Assembly (NCBI GenBank): GCA_040901675.1 | Contig: JBBDYJ010000013.1 | Location: 1-64,000, forward strand | Reading direction: 5' to 3' | From: Pirellulales bacterium | Lineage (GTDB): Bacteria; Planctomycetota; Planctomycetia; Pirellulales; JAICIG01 | DNA length: 64,000 bases | Shown: in pieces, positions 10,285 through 20,042 of the stretch | Position numbering within the stretch: the first letter of the stretch is position 1 | How the letters are laid out: every line of letters starts with the position of its first letter | The notes under the pieces: generated by a model | What the model was told of the DNA's origin: nothing | The model's database searches: none | The model's input: only the letters and a program-made list of their open reading frames with translations | Position numbers and translations under genes: made by a program

Positions 10285-10290
10285 GGCCGC

Positions 10291-10330
10291 AGTGTACGCG
10301 AATGAGCGACCTAATGCAACTGAGTTGCAC
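10291..10330 (-). promoter_or_regulatory. Sigma70 promoter TTGCAT-17-TACACT overlapped by TGCAAC-N3-GTTGCA palindrome (Fur/Zur-like box)
   Basis: -10 at 10291-10296, -35 at 10314-10319, palindrome 10315-10329; ATG starts 7 nt after the -10. Confidence 0.65.
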
Positions 10331-10388
10331 GAAATTCCAACATTCCCCGCGCAACGGCGACCCGCGCGCCCCTGGCTGGAGGGGAACG

Positions 10389-10431
10389 GACGAAGACTGG
10401 GGCACGCTAACGCGTTGCCACCAGCCACCCG
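10389..10431 (+). repeat. Dispersed REP-like element (GACTGGGGCACGCTAACGCTTTGCC...CAGCCACCCG family)
   Basis: Near-identical to copies at 25.2, 25.4, 25.5, 32.3, 42.6 and 56.9 kb. Confidence 0.85.
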
Positions 10432-10464
10432 GAAGGGAGCAAGGAAGCCCATCCTACAGAGGCC

Positions 10465-13400
10465 CTAGGCCTGCCACTGCTTGAGCTGATCGGCCAGCCG
10501 CAGGATCTCCTGCCGCTTCTTCTCGAACACGGCGAACAGGGCGATGATCAGGATGCCGGCCACGATGCCCGTGACGGACCAGAGCCAGGTCTGCTCCAGG
10601 TCGACCGCCGCGTACCAGATGATCGTCAGCAGCGACAGCATCAAAAACGAGGTGCCCAGGAACAGGAAGCCCCGCACCCGCAGCATGATGCCGGCGAAAA
10701 TGCCCGCGATCGAGAGGGCCGCCAGCACCAAGGGGAGCCAGGGCGCCTCGGCCACGCCATTCAAAAAGATGTCGGCGGTCGAGGAGACGTAGATCACTGT
10801 CGAGGAGAAGTAGCGGATCGAGGTCATCTGGGCATCCGTGAGCTGGTCGCGATTGAGGTATGCCGCCGCCAGCAGGCACAGTGCGGGCGGGATGAACCAG
10901 AGCTGCGGATGCGCGAGCAGCCCCAGTGAGCCGGTGTGGTGCAGGAAGTACCAAAGGCCGCCGTTGGCCGCCACCGCCGCCAGGACGCCGAAGGCGAACG
11001 ACCGCCGCGTCACCGCCAGCGCGGCATACAACGCGCCGACCGCCAGCATGAGCAGCGAAAAGTGGACCTGGTTGTCGACGAACCAGAACCCGACCACCGG
11101 CAACAGCGGCAGGAAGGCGCCGGTTCGCTCCAGCGGCTCGGCCAGCACGATCCGCTTCTGCCGGCGGAACAGTTCGCTCAGACCGACGCCCAGGAACCCC
11201 AGCAGGATCACGATCATGGGCCAGTACTGCATAAAGAATCCGCGGAACAGCCAGGGCATCGTCACGCGGACGTGTACGAACAGCAGGGCCAGCACGCCTT
11301 CGGCCGCGTAGACGTAAACCATGCGTCCCCGCTCGGGAAGGTCGAACGGGTCGCGGCCGGAGATCAAGGCGGCCGCCAGACAGGTGAGGAAGATCCCGGC
11401 CAGCGCGGCGATCACGATCAGATTGGCCGTCCACGAGATCTCCACCTCGCCGTGCCGGGCGAACTGGATCACCTCGATCGCGAGGATCAAAAAGACCGTG
11501 GCCGTGCCGGTTGCAACGAGGACCGGCGTCAACCGCGCAGCGGCGGCGGTCCACTCGTTCTCGCGGCGGATGATCTTGCTGAGGCCGATGCCGTACAGTG
11601 CCGTGACGGCGGCCAGCCCCGCCAGCACGGCGACCGCATAGTTCAACACGTTTCCCGTCGTGGCCGGTTCCAGCACGGACCAGCCGAGGGCAACGGCTCC
11701 CAAAGCGCCCACGCCCAGTGAAGCGTATTGCAACTGGCTTCGCCGCCGGCCGCGCGCGAGAAGTCCGATGGCGATCGCCTGGGCGACAACGGCCTTGGCC
11801 GCCACGAACCGCAGCGAGAACTCGGCAAAATTCAGCTCGACTCCAAAGGCCAGCGCCGTCACCGAGGCCGCCAGCAGGCAGTTGGCAGGCACCAACCAGT
11901 AAAGTCCGGCCAGTGCATCCTCGCTGTGCGGGATCCGCAACCGATCGCCCAGCGCCAGCAGGCCGGCCCGGCGGCTCCATAGGTAGCTGGTGCCCAGGCT
12001 GAACGCGGCCAGGATCATGGTGCCCGTCCAGACGATCCAACGGGGCTCGAGATCGAGCGAATCGAGCAGCATGCCGCAGGCGAGCAGCCCCAGCAGGTAC
12101 AGCCCCGCCACCGACGACCGCATCCGCTCGTCCCAGAGTGTGGCGGCCATGCCAACCACGCCGGCCACCAGAGCGGCCCAGCCCAATGCCGATGCAGTGC
12201 CGATCGGCGAGGACGCCAGGTCGGCCACCAGACCACTGACGACCATCAAAGCCACCAGCGCGGCGGCGAACCAGGCGGCCGGGCGGTGAACCGGGATCAT
12301 TCCCCGGCGCGCATCGCCGCTGGCCGGCCGCAGCACCGCGAGCTCGATCGCCAGCCAGACCGGCACGGCGAGCCCAAGCGCCAGCGTGTTGACCTCGAGA
12401 AGTTCTATACCGCTGAAACGCGTGCCCAGCTCCAACCAGCCGACCGTGGCGGTCAGGTTGACCAGCAAGGCGGCCGCATAGAGATAGATCCTGTACAGCG
12501 ACCAGCAAGCAAGCGTGGCGGCCAGTGCGGCCGCGCAAGCACACGCCGCCATGCTCCACCAGGGAGACTGCGGATCACCACCCAGGGCCCGCAGACCAAC
12601 GAGCACAATCAGCATGCCCAGCGCGGTTGACCAGGCGGTCACTCCCCTGGTCCAAACGGCCGCCTGTTGCGGCGACTCACGGCGCCGCACAACCCAGCCG
12701 GCCAAGAGCGCGGCCCAGGCGCTTGCCGCCATGGCAACCAGGAACGCGTGGAAGCTCAGCCAGGTTCCGTTGTCCCAGGGATTCAACGAACAGGCCAAGA
12801 TGGTTCCAACAGCGAGCAAGAGCGCGGCTCCCGCGGGAATCGCGAACTGCATCTGCCGCTGCCGCGCGAAAACGCCGACCGCCGCCAGCGCCAGCACGGC
12901 GCTGCCCCAGCCCCAGGCGTCGCCGATCACCGATCGGACAGCGGCCGGCAGCGGATCGACGACCAGGACAAAAGCCGCCGGCGCAAGGACCAACAGGTGC
13001 AGCGCAACAGGCAGAACCACCTGCGTGGCGAGCAGGCCGCCACCCAGCGCCGCCAATCGTGCCTCGCGGCTGCATTGCCAGGCGACGACGGCGATCCAGC
13101 CCAGGCAATAGACGGCGGCCACGGAAGCGTTCAGTTGGGCGAGCCGCACCCATTGCGTCACATCCAGCCCGGCACTCGTCTTGGCAATTGCCAGCAGGTA
13201 GCCGGCGGTGGCGGCAACGGCCATCACCAGTCCCCCGGCAAACGCAAAGCCCGTGTCCCGATCGCGCAGCGCGTAACCCACGATGACCAAAGCGGTCACC
13301 AGGATAGGCAGGGCATAGGAGGCGGCCTGGCCGATCAGCACAAAGAACGACCCCGGCTCCGGTCCCAGGATCGGCTGCTGTTTGAGCGCCGCTGCCACAA

Positions 13401-16400
13401 CGTACAGCGTCATGGCCACCAGCGGCGCCGCTCCCAGGACCAGCACCAGCGCGCTGGCCTGCCGCGCCAGCGACATGACGGCGTTGGCAGCACTATCCGA
13501 GGGAGAGCGGCGGAGGACCAGCGCGACGGTCGCGATAACGATGAACAGGAGACCAAAGATCCATAACAGCGAGGCGGCCTCCGGCCGAGGCGGCACGCGG
13601 ACCAGGGCAGCCACGGCCACGTAAAAGCCCATCACCACCAGCGGCGCCAATGCCAGGGTGATCACCCCGCTGCGCATGGCACGGCTGCCGCCCGCCGTTT
13701 CGCCCGTCGCCGGCAGTGCGCCGACCGATTGTAACCAGTGCACTAATCCCGTGCGGCACCACACCACGACCGATCCCAGCACCAGGTAACCCGTCGAAAG
13801 CCAGCGCATGGCCGATGCCACAGCCACTTGCGGCTCGAAAAGTCCAGCCAACAGCGGCACCGTCGCCGATGCGGCCAGCAGCAGGGCCAAGGCCTTCCAT
13901 AACCGGTAGCGGTGCCAGAGGCTATAGACCAGCAGCAGGACCAGCGACCCCAGCAGGAGCCATGAACCGACGGCCAGCGCGTGCTCGTGCGGAATCCCAC
14001 CGAGCTCGAAACGCTCGATCGGCGGCACGGTGCGCACCGCTCGATCGGCGGAAGCGGCAGCCGCGCCGACCCATCGGGGCGAAAGTTCCTGGGCCACGCC
14101 GGCACCCGCGCCGTAAACGGCTAGCGCCACCAGAATCGCCAGCGAAGCCGCCGCCAGCACCTGGTCCAACGAAGGGCGTATTGAATCGACCAGCTCTTGC
14201 AACCGCCGCGCCAGTCCGAATGGTTGAACCGCCTCGGGCGGATGCGGAGTTTCGTGTTCTGCCGGCATGCCGGGGGCGCGGGCCCGCAGCGCGGCTCGGC
14301 CGAGCATGATTCGCACCGTCAACCAGGCAAAAGACAAGGCACACAGCGCGATGCCTTGCGCTTGCAAGCTCCAGGGATCGAGCCACAGCGATTCCCACCC
14401 GGCAACCCAGGTCTGTCGCTCCAGGATGCTCGCAACGCCGAATACGACCGACGACGTGAGGGCCGCCTGGCTCAGCACCATCAGCACGACTTGCCGCTCC
14501 ATGAGCGCCAGGCATAGCCAAAGAATCGCCAGGACGGCGCTGCCCACCGCCGGGATGCCGGCGGCTGCTTGCGGGACGAGCCACAACACCACCGCCGCTG
14601 CCGCCAGCGAGCTGGCAATTCCGAAGGCGGTAAGCGGGAACTGCACGGCCCGCTCCAGCTCTCGCCCGCGACGCGCCGATGCAAACGCACCGGCTGTCAT
14701 GGCCGCGGAGTGTACGAGCAGGGCCGCCAGCCAGGGGTGAGCGATTCCGAGCGAGGGGGCGAACGTGAATGCCAGGCCTTGAACAAGGGCCGCCAGCAAC
14801 AGGCCGGCGCCGGCCCAGGTCGGCTCGGCGCGCTTGCCCACGACGGCGGCGGCCAGGCAGGCGGCTGCGTAGGCGGCGTAGATCCAGACGGCGCCCGACG
14901 TGTCGCCCACGACCGCGAACCCGTGCCACGTGACTAACAGCAAGCTGGCCGCAGCGGCGGCTGCCGCGACCGCCAGGTACCACAGTCCATGCGCTCGATC
15001 CGCCATTTGGACCAGCAGTGCGGCACCCCCGGCGAGCACCGCGCTCACGGCCACGAGAACGACGGCGGCGTGGGCGGACAGCAACTGGGCCGCCATGGCA
15101 TGCGCCGTCATGTTCCAGGTGATGTCGCCCCAGATGAGCAACCCGGCCAGCAGCCCGACGATCGACAGGCAGAGTGCGGCCAGCAGGTGGGCGGCCGGCA
15201 CGGCAAACAAGATGGCAACGCCGGTCAATATTGCAAAGCTCACGAGGGCGGCCGGCAACATTCCGGACGGATCCGGCCACGCCAGGCCAATCCCGGCCAG
15301 CATCAGTGCAACCCCGAGCACCGCGAGGTTGGTTCCCGCCGTGCGCAGCAGTGCTCGCTCGCGATCGGTTATACGCTGCCAGAACAGCAACCCGGCTGCC
15401 AGCGCCGGCAGGCCGAGCAACGTGGCCAGCGGAGCCAACCGGTGCAATGTCTCGGCGATCGCCGTTGTCTTGACGAGCAACAATGCCAGCGGCAATGCCA
15501 AGGCGAACGTGCTGACACCGAGCAGCTTGAAGATGGCATTGGCGCCAGACTCGTCCAACATTTCCCACCGCCGCGCGGACGTAAGAAACACGAGGTTGGC
15601 GGCCGAGTAGCAGGCTGCCAGCGCTGCGGCCAGGCCGAACACCAGCCAGAATGAGCTCTCCGGACCGACGTGGCGTCTGATCACCAGCGCGAGCACCGAG
15701 GGAACAATCACGCTGGCAGTAAGCAGCAGGGGCACCCGCGGCATGACGATCCTGCCCGCGTAATACACGAGCGCCGAAAAGACGACCACGGAGATCGCTT
15801 CGCCGCCCAGCGTGATGATGTTCAACGGGGCGGTGCCGGTCGAGAAGGCCGCGATTGCCAGGAAGTTCAGCGGGACCAGCAGTGTGGCGATGAGCAGCAG
15901 CCCGTGGCTGGTGGTCTCCAGCTTCCAGCGCCGAAAAGTGTACGCTCCCACGCCAAACAGGGCCGCCGTCACGCCGTTGAACACGAAGAACTTCAGGAAC
16001 GGCCGCTCGGCGATCTCGGCCCAGAAGCTGATGACCAGGGCGATCGAGCAGCAGACGATCAACAGGCCGCCGATCAGCTCGCCCCAACGGATGTGCCGCT
16101 GTTCCATAAAGGCGGCCAGGATCTCGGACCAAGGTCGGGCGGGCGGGCGGGGCGGCGCCGTCGCCGCGGGCTCGGTGACCGACTGGGCGGCCGCGGTCCG
16201 CCGGGCGGCATACCGCTCGGCTCGCTCGCGGGGATCGAGTCGAGGCGCCTGTGTCTGGGCAGCTTCACCTGCCAAGGCATATTCCGGCCCGGCGGCTTCG
16301 GCGGCCGTTTCGGGAACCAGCTCCGCCTCCACGGCCTCTTTCGCCACCGCGGTTCGCGGAGCCGCAGGTTCCGTCGCCGCGGCTGGTGCTGGTGCCGGCT

Positions 16401-16761
16401 GGGGCGCGGATCGCTGCTGCTGTTGATGGATCGCCGTCAACAGGCTGGCACGTGTCTGCGGGTCCAACAACGATCGCTGGCCGAAATCCTCGACTTGCCG
16501 TGTCAGCTCTCTGAGCACGGCGAGGTTTCTGGATTCTTGGCTGGCGGCCCGTGGCCAGCCGCACTCGCCGCAGGCGGCAAACCCTGGCAGCAGTGGCACG
16601 TCGCAGGCCGGGCAGCGGCGGACGGGCCTGAACTGTGGTCTGTGCTCTCGGGCCCCGCCTCCGAACAGGTAAGCCAGCAGGACCCAAATGCCATGACCGA
16701 CGGCGGTGACGATCGCGAGCACAATCAGCAGCACGACGCCAATTGTTACCAGGTCGCCCAC
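10465..16761 (-). CDS. Giant (2098 aa) polytopic membrane protein of unknown function
   Basis: Uninterrupted ORF with dozens of hydrophobic helices; N-terminal CPAC...CGEC zinc ribbon. Confidence 0.85.
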   Translation of the reverse strand: MGDLVTIGVVLLIVLAIVTAVGHGIWVLLAYLFGGGAREHRPQFRPVRRCPACDVPLLPGFAACGECGWPRAASQESRNLAVLRELTRQVEDFGQRSLLDPQTRASLLTAIHQQQQRSAPQPAPAPAAATEPAAPRTAVAKEAVEAELVPETAAEAAGPEYALAGEAAQTQAPRLDPRERAERYAARRTAAAQSVTEPAATAPPRPPARPWSEILAAFMEQRHIRWGELIGGLLIVCCSIALVISFWAEIAERPFLKFFVFNGVTAALFGVGAYTFRRWKLETTSHGLLLIATLLVPLNFLAIAAFSTGTAPLNIITLGGEAISVVVFSALVYYAGRIVMPRVPLLLTASVIVPSVLALVIRRHVGPESSFWLVFGLAAALAACYSAANLVFLTSARRWEMLDESGANAIFKLLGVSTFALALPLALLLVKTTAIAETLHRLAPLATLLGLPALAAGLLFWQRITDRERALLRTAGTNLAVLGVALMLAGIGLAWPDPSGMLPAALVSFAILTGVAILFAVPAAHLLAALCLSIVGLLAGLLIWGDITWNMTAHAMAAQLLSAHAAVVLVAVSAVLAGGAALLVQMADRAHGLWYLAVAAAAAAASLLLVTWHGFAVVGDTSGAVWIYAAYAAACLAAAVVGKRAEPTWAGAGLLLAALVQGLAFTFAPSLGIAHPWLAALLVHSAAMTAGAFASARRGRELERAVQFPLTAFGIASSLAAAAVVLWLVPQAAAGIPAVGSAVLAILWLCLALMERQVVLMVLSQAALTSSVVFGVASILERQTWVAGWESLWLDPWSLQAQGIALCALSFAWLTVRIMLGRAALRARAPGMPAEHETPHPPEAVQPFGLARRLQELVDSIRPSLDQVLAAASLAILVALAVYGAGAGVAQELSPRWVGAAAASADRAVRTVPPIERFELGGIPHEHALAVGSWLLLGSLVLLLVYSLWHRYRLWKALALLLAASATVPLLAGLFEPQVAVASAMRWLSTGYLVLGSVVVWCRTGLVHWLQSVGALPATGETAGGSRAMRSGVITLALAPLVVMGFYVAVAALVRVPPRPEAASLLWIFGLLFIVIATVALVLRRSPSDSAANAVMSLARQASALVLVLGAAPLVAMTLYVVAAALKQQPILGPEPGSFFVLIGQAASYALPILVTALVIVGYALRDRDTGFAFAGGLVMAVAATAGYLLAIAKTSAGLDVTQWVRLAQLNASVAAVYCLGWIAVVAWQCSREARLAALGGGLLATQVVLPVALHLLVLAPAAFVLVVDPLPAAVRSVIGDAWGWGSAVLALAAVGVFARQRQMQFAIPAGAALLLAVGTILACSLNPWDNGTWLSFHAFLVAMAASAWAALLAGWVVRRRESPQQAAVWTRGVTAWSTALGMLIVLVGLRALGGDPQSPWWSMAACACAAALAATLACWSLYRIYLYAAALLVNLTATVGWLELGTRFSGIELLEVNTLALGLAVPVWLAIELAVLRPASGDARRGMIPVHRPAAWFAAALVALMVVSGLVADLASSPIGTASALGWAALVAGVVGMAATLWDERMRSSVAGLYLLGLLACGMLLDSLDLEPRWIVWTGTMILAAFSLGTSYLWSRRAGLLALGDRLRIPHSEDALAGLYWLVPANCLLAASVTALAFGVELNFAEFSLRFVAAKAVVAQAIAIGLLARGRRRSQLQYASLGVGALGAVALGWSVLEPATTGNVLNYAVAVLAGLAAVTALYGIGLSKIIRRENEWTAAAARLTPVLVATGTATVFLILAIEVIQFARHGEVEISWTANLIVIAALAGIFLTCLAAALISGRDPFDLPERGRMVYVYAAEGVLALLFVHVRVTMPWLFRGFFMQYWPMIVILLGFLGVGLSELFRRQKRIVLAEPLERTGAFLPLLPVVGFWFVDNQVHFSLLMLAVGALYAALAVTRRSFAFGVLAAVAANGGLWYFLHHTGSLGLLAHPQLWFIPPALCLLAAAYLNRDQLTDAQMTSIRYFSSTVIYVSSTADIFLNGVAEAPWLPLVLAALSIAGIFAGIMLRVRGFLFLGTSFLMLSLLTIIWYAAVDLEQTWLWSVTGIVAGILIIALFAVFEKKRQEILRLADQLKQWQA

Positions 16762-17105
16762 AACAAGGTCCTTGCTGCGAAGTGCGGAACACGACCAGTC
16801 GCCGGTCAGCCGTGGCCCGCGGCTGCAAAGCGCGGCAACTGTACGTCATTAACATGGTACGACATGCCATGGGCAAGCCCAGCCCGTAGCGGTGCTAAAG
16901 ATCCTCGCCGTTTGGATGCAACGAAGTGGTGCCCCAGGGCTGGCGGGCGGGTGCATTCTCGGGCTTTCCGTTGAGACATCGACAACCGATACAACCGGCC
17001 ACCGCACGTCCAGCAGCGGCCGCGGTCCGTTGACAGTGGGAAATTGGCCGTTCAGAATTGTCCCCGGAGTCCACGGCAGAATCATGTAGCAGCCGGAGTG
17101 AAACC

Positions 17106-18515
17106 ATGCCGATCGACGACTTCGCACTTTTCCCCAGGACCAGCCGCAGGGCCTTTCTTCGGACATCGGCGCTGGGGCTGGCCGGGGCGGCTTGCTCTAC
17201 CGCCGCCTGGCCGCTGGCGGCCCAGGAGCCGGGCGAGCGTCCAGCCCGCCCGGACGGTGTTGAAGTGCTCAATCCCCGGGGCCGCGTGCCGGTAAGCTTG
17301 ATCATCGACGACTCGACGTGCCTGGTGAACATGGGGCACTTCTGCATGCCGCAGTTCGCCGAGGCCTGGCCGGATCGGCAGGACTACCAGAAGCCGTGGC
17401 AGACGTTCCCGCGCGAGATCCCCGACTCGTTCGTGCGAAAGTTCGGCGAGTGGTGCCGCGACCACGGCGTGAAAGGCAAGTACAGCGTCGTGCCTTACCC
17501 GGCCTGCGTCGGCTGGCTCGACCGCGATCTGCCCGGCTGGTCGAAACGCCAACTGGACGAAAGCCTGGCCTTGGTGCGTGATTTCCTGGCGCCCGATTGG
17601 GATTTTCATCCGGAGATGGTCAGCCACACCTGGGTGATCGATACCAAGACCGGGCGGCCTTACGAAGAGCGCAGCCCGCGCTTCATGGAGAACTGGGCCT
17701 GGACCGACGGCAAGTCGGTGGACCAGTTGGCCGACTACATGAGCTACGCCCTGCGGATCCTGAAGAACGTGGGCCTGAGCTGCGAGGGGATCACCACTCC
17801 GGGCGGCTTCGGCAACCGGGTGCTCAATGAGCTGTCGCAGGCCACGCTGGAAGCCTGCCGCGACGTATATCAGACGGAGATTCCGCACTATTTCCGCCAT
17901 CTCTATACCGACGAGCGGAGCGTGGCGCCGCGGGTCGAATACGCCTCGGGGCTCGATGGCGGCCGCCCCCAGTGCGTGGTATCGATCATCGGCTGCACGG
18001 GCGATTGGTTCGGCGGCTGGGACGGGACCACACCGGGCTCGGTCGACCAGTTCATCACGCAGGACCTGCGGCATGGACGGTTGCCCGACGTGATTGCCCG
18101 CGGCGAGCCGGCCGTGCTGGTCTGCCATTGGCCGGGCATCTATTACAACGGCGACGAGTTGGGCTTCAACATCTTCAAGCAGGTCGTCGAGCGGCTCGAC
18201 GCGGGTTTTGATAACCTCGTGTGGATGAAGCTGAGCGAGATCGCCCGCTATTGGGCGGCCAAGGAGTTGACGCGCATCGCGCGCGCCGGCGACCAGATCG
18301 TGCTCGAAGCTCCCTTTGCCTGCGCCGGTTTCACGCTCCGCGCCGCCGCCGAGGCGGGTTCCCAGCCGCGGCTGGAGCTGGATGGAAAGCCAGCTCGTCT
18401 CAAGCGCGTCGAGCGGTTATCCGACCTGGCCGGCGGCACCTGGTTTGCCGGCGACAGCCACGCCACCTTGTGCTTCGACCTGCCCCGCGGAACAAGCCAG
18501 GTGAGTTTGGCCTGA
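17106..18515 (+). CDS. Tat-exported protein, possibly polysaccharide-deacetylase-like
   Basis: SRRAFL twin-arginine signal; VSLIIDDS and HPEMVSHT motifs. Confidence 0.7.
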   Translation: MPIDDFALFPRTSRRAFLRTSALGLAGAACSTAAWPLAAQEPGERPARPDGVEVLNPRGRVPVSLIIDDSTCLVNMGHFCMPQFAEAWPDRQDYQKPWQTFPREIPDSFVRKFGEWCRDHGVKGKYSVVPYPACVGWLDRDLPGWSKRQLDESLALVRDFLAPDWDFHPEMVSHTWVIDTKTGRPYEERSPRFMENWAWTDGKSVDQLADYMSYALRILKNVGLSCEGITTPGGFGNRVLNELSQATLEACRDVYQTEIPHYFRHLYTDERSVAPRVEYASGLDGGRPQCVVSIIGCTGDWFGGWDGTTPGSVDQFITQDLRHGRLPDVIARGEPAVLVCHWPGIYYNGDELGFNIFKQVVERLDAGFDNLVWMKLSEIARYWAAKELTRIARAGDQIVLEAPFACAGFTLRAAAEAGSQPRLELDGKPARLKRVERLSDLAGGTWFAGDSHATLCFDLPRGTSQVSLA

Positions 18516-18577
18516 CCGCATTCAGGCACGCTCCACGTTTTTTCCTCCTTCCTCCTTCGTCCTTCTGCCTTCTGCCT

Positions 18578-19552
18578 TCACCGTCTCTCCTTCCTCCTAA
18601 CCTCCAGCACGCACTCTACGGCGGCGTGATCGGACAACGAGCCCTCGGGCACCTGCTCGTCGAGCATGGGCAGCACGCGGACCCGGGCCGGCGCAAGCGC
18701 CCATCCGCCCGGGCGCCGGCGCGACACAAAGATGTAGTCGATACGGCGGCCGCCATCCTCGGCCAGGGCATCGCTGGTGCCTCCCGGACCGACGCCCAAA
18801 TGGGCCCAGACGTCGATCAGCGACAGACCATGATGGTCCAAGCCCAGGCGCAGCCGCTGGTATGGGGTCCGCTCCGTCCCGGCGGGCCGTTGCCGCGGGT
18901 CGTCGGCCGCCACGTTCATGTCCCCAAGCACGATCATCGGCCGGTTGCGGTCGGTGTGCTCGGCGATGAACTGGCGCAGCTCTGCGATCTGCAGTTCGCG
19001 GGCCGTGCCGGAACGGCTCTCCAGGTGGGTGAGAAAGCAATCTACCAGCAGGGGCGGATCTTCCTGAATGCGGATCCGCGCGTGCAAGGCACCTTTGGCC
19101 GCGAAGCCGTCGGCACCCAGCCCATAGGCCACGAACCGCGAGGCGTGCTGGTAGGTCAGCGCGTGCCGCTCCTCGATTGGTAAGCGGCTGAGCAGCAACA
19201 GGCCGCTATTGGTGCGGGCCCGCCCCGGCGGCTTCTTTTCCCAGTAATGGTAAAAGGCGGAGCCGGAGGCTTCGTCGATCCCCTCGATCAACTCGTTGCG
19301 GCGGTCGTCGTCGAAAACCTCGCACAGGCCCACCAGGTCGTAGCCGGCCAGCCGCTCCACGAGCGCCGACGCGCGGTACTCGGCCTTGCCGCGGTGCCCC
19401 GCGACCGTGTAGGCGATGTCCGGCAGCAGGTGCACGTTGTACGCCAGCACGCGCAAGCTCGCCGGAGGCCTATCCTGGGCCCCCGCCGGTTCTGCGGCGG
19501 CCAGTATCAGCGCGATCAGGCAGGCTGTTGCCCATGGCTGTCTGTTGCGCAT
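18578..19552 (-). CDS. Secreted endonuclease/exonuclease/phosphatase (sphingomyelinase-like) protein
   Basis: Signal peptide; YNV, LCEVF, NSGLLLLSR, THL, GDMN, RIDYIF, SDH. Confidence 0.88.
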   Translation of the reverse strand: MRNRQPWATACLIALILAAAEPAGAQDRPPASLRVLAYNVHLLPDIAYTVAGHRGKAEYRASALVERLAGYDLVGLCEVFDDDRRNELIEGIDEASGSAFYHYWEKKPPGRARTNSGLLLLSRLPIEERHALTYQHASRFVAYGLGADGFAAKGALHARIRIQEDPPLLVDCFLTHLESRSGTARELQIAELRQFIAEHTDRNRPMIVLGDMNVAADDPRQRPAGTERTPYQRLRLGLDHHGLSLIDVWAHLGVGPGGTSDALAEDGGRRIDYIFVSRRRPGGWALAPARVRVLPMLDEQVPEGSLSDHAAVECVLEVRRKERR

Positions 19553-19701
19553 GTCCCTGCAATTCTCACGACAAAGTACAGGCTCTTCGCTCGGGCGCCG
19601 GTTCAGTGTACCGCGTACCCTCCCAGCCTAGCTCACGCGGCCCTCACGGCCGCATTATCATAGCCAGAGGCCAGAAGGTTTTCTATCGTCGAGGCACCGA
19701 G

Positions 19702-20040
19702 ATGAGCAGCCGTAGCGAACCTCGGATCATGCCGACGACTGGGTCGAATTGTTCGATGACGAGCGGGCCGCGTCCATCTGGCGGATCCGGTGGGCCGAGG
19801 TGGACGAGATTATTGCTTGGAAGGACGACTGTCTGGGCCTACGACATCATCTGTGTCGGCCTTCGGAGTGGGCAAGAGGAGTACCGCTGCGACGAGGAGC
19901 AGCAGGGCTGGGGCGACTTGCTGTGGACGCTTGAGCGCTTGTTTGCGATCCGCGGCGATGACTGGTGGCGGCGCGTAGCCTTTCCCGCTTTTGAGACGAA
20001 CCTCACGGTCCTCTGGACCCGCGGGACGCCATCCGGCTAG
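19702..20040 (+). pseudogene. Small hypothetical gene with two compensating frameshifts
   Basis: Plausible protein reads MSSRSEPRI / ADDWVELFDDERAASIWRIRWAEVDEIIAWKDD / VWAYDIICVGL...WWRRVAFPAFETN across two frames. Confidence 0.5.
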
Positions 20041-20042
20041 GC

